A stretch of DNA of 58,371 nucleotides, filler included, from Bipalium vagum (Eukaryota), in NCBI GenBank assembly GCA_037834085.1. It is 3 parts of 3 records of this genome, joined end to end, with 100 filler letters (N's around TTAATTAATTAA, not from the genome) between each part and the next. Parts side by side here need not be neighbours in the genome. Positions count along the whole stretch, not along the records: positions 38,455 to 58,371 come from JBBMKC010264492.1; 2 more parts are not named here. One strand, written 5' to 3'. The translations under genes and the position numbers were made by a program. The stretch's first letter is position 1; every line of letters starts with the position of its first letter. A model generated the notes under the pieces. The model did not search any database and was not told the origin of the DNA. It saw only the letters and a program-made list of their open reading frames with translations. Shown piece after piece: positions 51,701 to 58,371 of the stretch.

Positions 51701-53081
51701 ATATCGCCAAGTGATTGCATTATATTATCGTCATGTGCTAAATTTCATATCAGATACCTTTATCGATGAATAAAATTTTGTAAACTTTAATGAATAAAAT
51801 TTGGGATCAATTTATGTGACTATGTATCGTCAAATTTAATTGATCCAAAATTTGTATTGAAATTTTTTTGCAAAATGTGGGTTAATAAATTTAAAATTGA
51901 TATTCCTATTGATAGATAAGGTACACATTTTTCAAAATGAGATTAAAACCCTGTAAGTAATATCGTTTTCTATATTTATTTAATGTATTATGTTCTTTTC
52001 ATTCGTATTATTCATATATATTGTAAATAATTAACAAATCAAGAAGCAGAAACCTGAATATTTCTTAAGATTGAAAATATTCTCATAATTAAGAATATAT
52101 TTGTAATATAATCTTATGAGTAATTATTATTTCCTGTCTGATGAAATTATTAATAACTTTCAATAATTATAAAATAAAATATTTTTATTAATAATAAAGT
52201 TCATCAAAAACCTTTTATAATAATACTGACTTAAAGGTAAAGTTCGAGCTCAATGTAATTTTGCAAACCTTTACTGTTTAACTGAAATATAAAGGATATA
52301 AGGAAATACGTTGTAACATTGGGATATTTAATTTTGAAATAATATTTTAATAAGTTAAGTTGTAATAATATTATTAATATAATAATATTAATAAAAAATT
52401 TTTCTTAATAATATTAAATAAATAAAAATAATTATGATAAATTTAAGCAAACCTAATAAATCTTTTATTTTAAGTTTTCTATAATGTTAGTAATAATAAA
52501 TTTAACTAAAAAAAATAATAATAATAAAAATATTTTTTTGAAAATTATATTTAATCAATTATTCTTGAAAAATGAAGATTTGAAAAACTCATTGTGTCAC
52601 ATAGGCAATGGCTGGTAAATAAGGATATCTTAAGGAGAATTAAGTCTATATTAAATGTAGTTTTTAACCTTTAATGAGCAAAAAGCTTCACTTATCACAA
52701 AGAATTTGATATTATCTCTAGTCCCTGTTGATCAAGAGAGTTTTATATTTACAAAATACAAGAATTGAAACAATTTTGAACATAAAAAGTATTATCTGTG
52801 GTTTTGTGTTCATTTAACAATCAAAATCACATTGATATAGGAAACAAAAAGCAATTAAGACTGAAACTGACCAAATTTAACCATAGTTCTGGATTTAAAC
52901 ATTTCTCACTCAAATATTTGTTAAATTTTACTTATACAATTTCCAGCTTAGTTTGTTGTTGAAATGTTAGGTTAAAGGGTGTCCATAACTTATATTTGTA
53001 AATTAAAAAAATTAAAAATACACGTACTTATAAAAGAACTTTTTGTTTTATATCATTCAGTCTTTCAGTGGCCACCTTATA

Positions 53082-54336
53082 TTGGGTAGCCTGAAAAGTT
53101 TCCGCTGATTTTGGTAAAATGAAATAGTTAGAAAAATAAACTCGAATTGAAAATTTTATTAAATTAAATATATACCATTTTGATCGATACTGTCTTGCCA
53201 TTTTTTTGGTAAAGCCAAAATTCTGTTACAGTAAAACTTATTTGATTTTTTGGCAAAAAAGTAAGATAAGTTCGATAAATTAACGTTGTTTATCTGGTAG
53301 CATCTTGCTAAGATTCTAGAATTTCTGATAAATAATCTACAATGTACCTTTTACAGTCTTCTCTCAAAATCAATGGAAAAATAAATGGTCCGAAGATGCT
53401 AGTCTGGACTATATGCTGGATGCATCAGAACTTCCTTGCCAAACTCTTTCAAATTTTTGTGTCATTAGCGATGTGTGTAATCGGGTATTGTTATAGTGGA
53501 ATACAGCATTCTCTTTGTTTGGTTATTCAAATAAGTTTAACTTAGTTTTGCAATTGGTTGACAATAGAACATAAAACCAATTGTTTAACCAGATTCGAGG
53601 AGGTTATAATGCACGATTCCTTTCAAATCTTAGAGAACAGACAATATTACCTTTATTGAAGACCATCTTCGATTTGCATTAGTTTTAGGAGCTTTGTCTT
53701 TTCTGAACCATGACCTTTTTCTCACATTATCGTACTATTTTATCTTAGATAATAAAAATTTTTAAGAAATTGTTCATTTCTTTTCATTAGAGATTCACAA
53801 ATAGAAATTTTACTGATTAAAATCCTTTCATATAAATTACCAAGATATCATATATATCAAGTGACCAAACTTTTCTACATGATTTTAAACAGTTTGTTGA
53901 CGAATGCTATATTCTTAACAATGTGATAATTCATTATGTGACTATTTTGGTTGATTATTTTCATGATTTCGACGTCTTTATCTGCGATTGGTTGTCCAGA
54001 ACGAGGGACATTTTTCAACTCAAAGTTTCCTAGGTAAAATCATGTGAAAGATTTTTGCATGTTCTTTCTGAAATGATATCAGATCTATCAACAGCATGAC
54101 TAGCATTTTCCCTTTCTCATATTTCATAACCCATCAGATTTCTTCTTTATTTTGAAATTTTTGCTACATTTTAATTGGGAAGAACAAATGATAATTATTT
54201 AATTTTTAGAATTATTTATTCTAAGGAATCGGTTTTATAAGATTTGTTAAAATTGAATTTCAAACTTATTTATTGACTGTAATTGAAATAAAAACGATCT
54301 ATGAAGAAAACAGTGAAAATATCTTAGGTAGCCTAA
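53082..54336 (-). mobile_element. Full-length decayed mariner (~1.25 kb)
   Basis: TIRs TTGGGTAGCCTGAAAAGTTTCCGCTG and rc TTAGGCTACCTAAGATATTTTCACTG with TA flanks. Minus-strand remnants include NVPRSGQP, HYNNTRLHT and HPAYSPD*xSSDHLF. Confidence 0.8.
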
Positions 54337-55949
54337 TATTTTAGGAATTTTTTATAAACAAAATTCATAATTTTATTTAAAAACAGATTTTTTTATTGTG
54401 ATAACTTTTTTTATTAATAAATATTCAATATAATCACTAAGTTACACAAGATATTTTAATATAATTAAAATATTATAGTATGTTTTCTCAATCTTTTTTT
54501 ACATTACTTTATATAGGAAAGTTTTAATTGTTATCTTCCAGCTTTAAGAATAGATTTGCGAAACCTCAAATGAAATTTCTTATTAAATATAATTGAAAAT
54601 GACAGATTGAATTCTCAAAAGTAATTTATATATATTTATGATTTCAAAAGAGAAATAAAAAAAATAACAATAATAAAAAAAAATAATAATAATAAATTAA
54701 AAAAAAATAATCGCAATAATAATAATAGATCAATATAGTTGATGTCGGATATTAAAAATGTAAAATTTTTTTTTCTTAAAATGTTAAAAAAATTTGAAAT
54801 TAAATATTAATAATAATTTTATAATACTTTTAACATTTAATTTTTGATAGGTGATTTACATCAAAGAGAATCTTTTGGGTCAACAGTAAGGTTCACATTT
54901 GGCTAATGTTTTCAAAGATCATTTTAGAAAGTTAAATTCTAATTTGTATGATGACATTTCTATTTACAGTGGTATAATAAGTAAAAATCACATCTTTACG
55001 AATATTGACTGAAATGTCATAGTTTTTAGATCGATCACTTAAAAGAATTGAATGTTTAAATTTTCTGTTGACTTAAATCTTTGCAGTCCTTTGAAAGAGG
55101 CTACTATAATTCCATGTAATCAATCTTGGTCTTCTTTCTATTCAATCTTTTTATATGAATTTTAGAAATTATAAACTTTTTGAATACTTTTCCGGGCCAG
55201 CGACGTCTTCAAGTCCCTTTCCTAAATCAATCCAACACAATGGTCATCATGTCAAAATGTTTTTCTGTTATTCACTTATTTCTTTTAAAACATCAATGTG
55301 AAAAATCATAAAATCAGTGAATTATTAGAAGTAAAAGACTTTAAAACCAGAATTAACTTTATAAGGTTTTTATCTAAGTGACCAGACCCCTTGGAAAAGT
55401 AAAAAATACCATTGGTAAACTAAACGCAAATCAAGTGAAAAATTATTTTCATTTTTATGTATAATTATGGCATTAAAAAGGAATTATAAGTAATTAAAAA
55501 TATTGAGGAAAGTTAGAGATTTAAGAGTTTCTTCTCTCTTCTAAAAGAACCAATTCTTTGGCTTAACAGATTTCCTTCTCAAGTGCTTTGGAAGCACATT
55601 GGGTATTTGAAGTAAACGGGAAGACCCGCTGCGTTCAATTAAAGAGAAAAGCATTTATTTCATAATTTAGTAATCTTAAATTTTTTTAGAAAATTAATTA
55701 TTATTAATAATTATTAATTATTGCAATGAGATTTAGACGTTACAACTAGTATTCAATGGCAATTTTATTTCTAAATGGAAATATATTGAAAATAAAATTA
55801 AATAACTTTATATCATATATATATTATACAATATTTATAATTTCTAAAGTATGTCCTATATATATTTTAGATTTTTAATGTATATAATGTGGGATTTTGT
55901 TTTATCACAATATTTTATTTTAGATAACTTAGCGCGAATTATAAATGGA

Positions 55950-56512
55950 TTTTTCATTTCAGGATAAACTTGGGTAGGATTCTCTTCAAATTTCAAAATC
56001 GCATATTTCTTTCTAACGAAAACGTTACTGCTGAAAGTTATAAGGATATGGTGGAAACTCATATCATTCCAGCTTCAAAGCTAAAAAAAAGTTTACTAAA
56101 ACTATTTTCCGACAAGATGGTCAACATTATCTCCAGATTTCACTCCAGTAAATTACGGACTGTGGTCATTTATCACACGCAAAGTTAATACCAAATTTTT
56201 TCAATCAGTATTAGAACTGAAAGACGCCATCGAAGAACATTACAATAATATACCGCAAATATTTCTAACTAATTGCTTAAATTTAATACTAGAAATATAT
56301 GCTTTATGTATAGAAAATAATGGAAACACAATCTGAATGAATATTTTTTTTAATCCCTCTTGTTTTGATTTTTATTAAATCATTATTTATAAATTTAAAT
56401 TAATAAATAAAATAATAAAATTTAATAAATTATTTATAATCATTTTATAAATCATTAATTAATTAGCTAATTAGTTATTTCTCTCTTAAATTCACAAGTA
56501 ATTGTGGGACAC
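55950..56512 (+). mobile_element. Tc1-like 3' fragment
   Basis: YFFLTKNVTAESYKDMV-like and FRQDG remnants, C-terminal LCIENNGN, and TIR-like caagtaattgtgggacac. Confidence 0.55.
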
Positions 56513-57799
56513 ATAATATTTATAATATATATAAATTAATATCTTCATATAAATTAAATGTAAATAAAAAGTTAATTAAAGATGTTATAGCAATATAAAT
56601 CTTAATATTTTACAATTAATTAATTAATTAAATACGAATAAAGACGAGGTTTCCATAAAATATTTTCATGAGTCCTATTTATTTATTTAACTAATCATAT
56701 AATATTTCATTTGAAATTTTTAAACATTACAATAGATGACATCTCTTATCCAGTATATAATATAATATATTATATATAATGACAACATAATTGAAGTTTT
56801 ATATAACAAACGTTCCGTTAATAAAGATCCGTCAACTTGATATAATGCAGATAATGGAAATTGTTAATTATTATCATTTTTTTATATTGTTTTCCAGATA
56901 AACAAAAAGAAAACTTTCTTTCATGACCCAACAGCAAATTATAATGGTAACATTAATAATAATAATAAAGAAAATAAAACGTTACTGTTATCAGACGATA
57001 CTTATCAAGGTAAATATAAATTATTAATATCAAATAATATTAATTAATATCCCGGGGTCAATATTAAAACAAAGTCACTTTATTTATTTTCATTTTCAAT
57101 AATAAAGACAGATTTTCCCTTTCACCATTTATATGACAACAAGGTTCTCAAATTAAATAATCAAAGAGGATTTATCTCATTAAATCTTCCGTCTTAATTG
57201 TTTTTTCATAATTGAATTTACAATCCCTATAATCCATTTCATAGGGAAAAAAACGTACAATAAGATTGAAAATAACGATTTCTTCGCAAAGAAAGTCCAG
57301 CTGTTAATTAAGATATCTTAAAATATTGATCTTTACAGAACATAAATTGGATCAATATTCATTGAATCAGAAGGGGAAAATTGTTGAAAAAAAAATTGAT
57401 GGTAAATTATTGTAAAATTTAATCGGAAAAATTGGAAATTATTTTAACATTTTTCCCATTGACAAAATTGTAAAATTATATGAGGCTTATTGATAATTTA
57501 GGAATTTTTAAAACCAAAATGAATTTACTTTGATTTTCAATTGTTCCACAGGGAAAAAAATCAGATTATTTATAGCAGCTTTAATTCTAAAATTCTTTAA
57601 ATTATTTTTCAATAGCCGGTTTATCACTTCCACTAAATTGCAATGTAATTTGGAGAAGAGAATTTCATTTCTCATTTCCAGCTCTCAAATTATATTTCTC
57701 CATCTTTATTATTTTAATATATATTTATATTTGTATATTTTTTAATTATTCCCAATATTCCAGAGTATATAAACCAATGAAGAAATGTATTTATGTAAT

Positions 57800-58371
57800 A
57801 AAATTAAATAAAAATAATATATTAGATATTATAAAAGTATTTTAATAATCGTTCGAATAATATGAATAATTAAAAATCAAAATATTTAAACAAAAAAATT
57901 ATTCAAAATTATTTCGGAAAAATCTCCATCAAAATCTTTAGTTTTATAAATTTAATGATACAAAATATGTTGTTTTAATAAATAAAAATAAAAAATGTTT
58001 GAAACATTAAAAAATCATTATGATAAAAATATCTATTTTTAAATTATTTTTTAAATATTATTTTTCAATTATTAATTTAATAATTTTTCTTCATTTTTAA
58101 TACAGTTAGATCTTGTTTGTTAATTTTTATGAAATAATAAAATTAAATAATAATATATTTTAAATATAATAAAATTATTTTAATAATCGTTAAAATAATA
58201 TGAATAAATAAAAATATTTAAACAATATTTAGTAACTTTTTTTCAAAATTATTTTGCAAAAAAAGTCCAACAAAATCTTTATTTTTATAAATTTCCTGAA
58301 AAAATAGTTTTGTTTTAATTAATCAAAAGAAAAAAGTTTGAAACATTGAAAATTCATTATGATAACTATTA
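57800..58371. repeat. Diverged ~339-bp tandem repeat (about 1.7 units visible)
   Basis: taataatcgtt..aataatatgaataa at 57843 and 58181; gtttgaaacatt.aaaa.tcattatgataa at about 57997 and 58336. Confidence 0.8.

Overview
This is AT-rich eukaryotic genomic DNA, not prokaryotic. It has GT-AG introns, (AAT)n microsatellites and dense decayed DNA transposons. Codon style, short introns and a flatworm-like cathepsin L suggest a planarian/flatworm, but that is inference. Two artificial 100-bp spacers (N44-TTAATTAATTAA-N44, at 22338-22437 and 38355-38454) split the window into three contigs whose adjacency is unproven. Contig 1 carries three + strand genes reconstructed by hand from splice sites and phases: cathepsin L (2 exons, 359 aa), TMED10/p24-delta (5 exons, 206 aa) and a PX-LRR nischarin orthologue (at least 9 exons, running into the gap). 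Contigs 2 and 3 are mostly transposon relics: a CACT-ended Chapaev3-like element, a three-level nest (hAT > mariner > DD37E), pogo/Tigger MITEs and deletion derivatives, many mariner/Tc1 fossils, and a Polinton-type integrase next to a palindromic tandem array. The least explained signal is a chain of phase-compatible small exons (27061-35082) that could form a spliced transcript with overlapping small ORFs, plus several orphan exons in contigs 2 and 3. I found no CRISPR, rRNA or tRNA, and no new multi-gene system that the sequence alone can establish.
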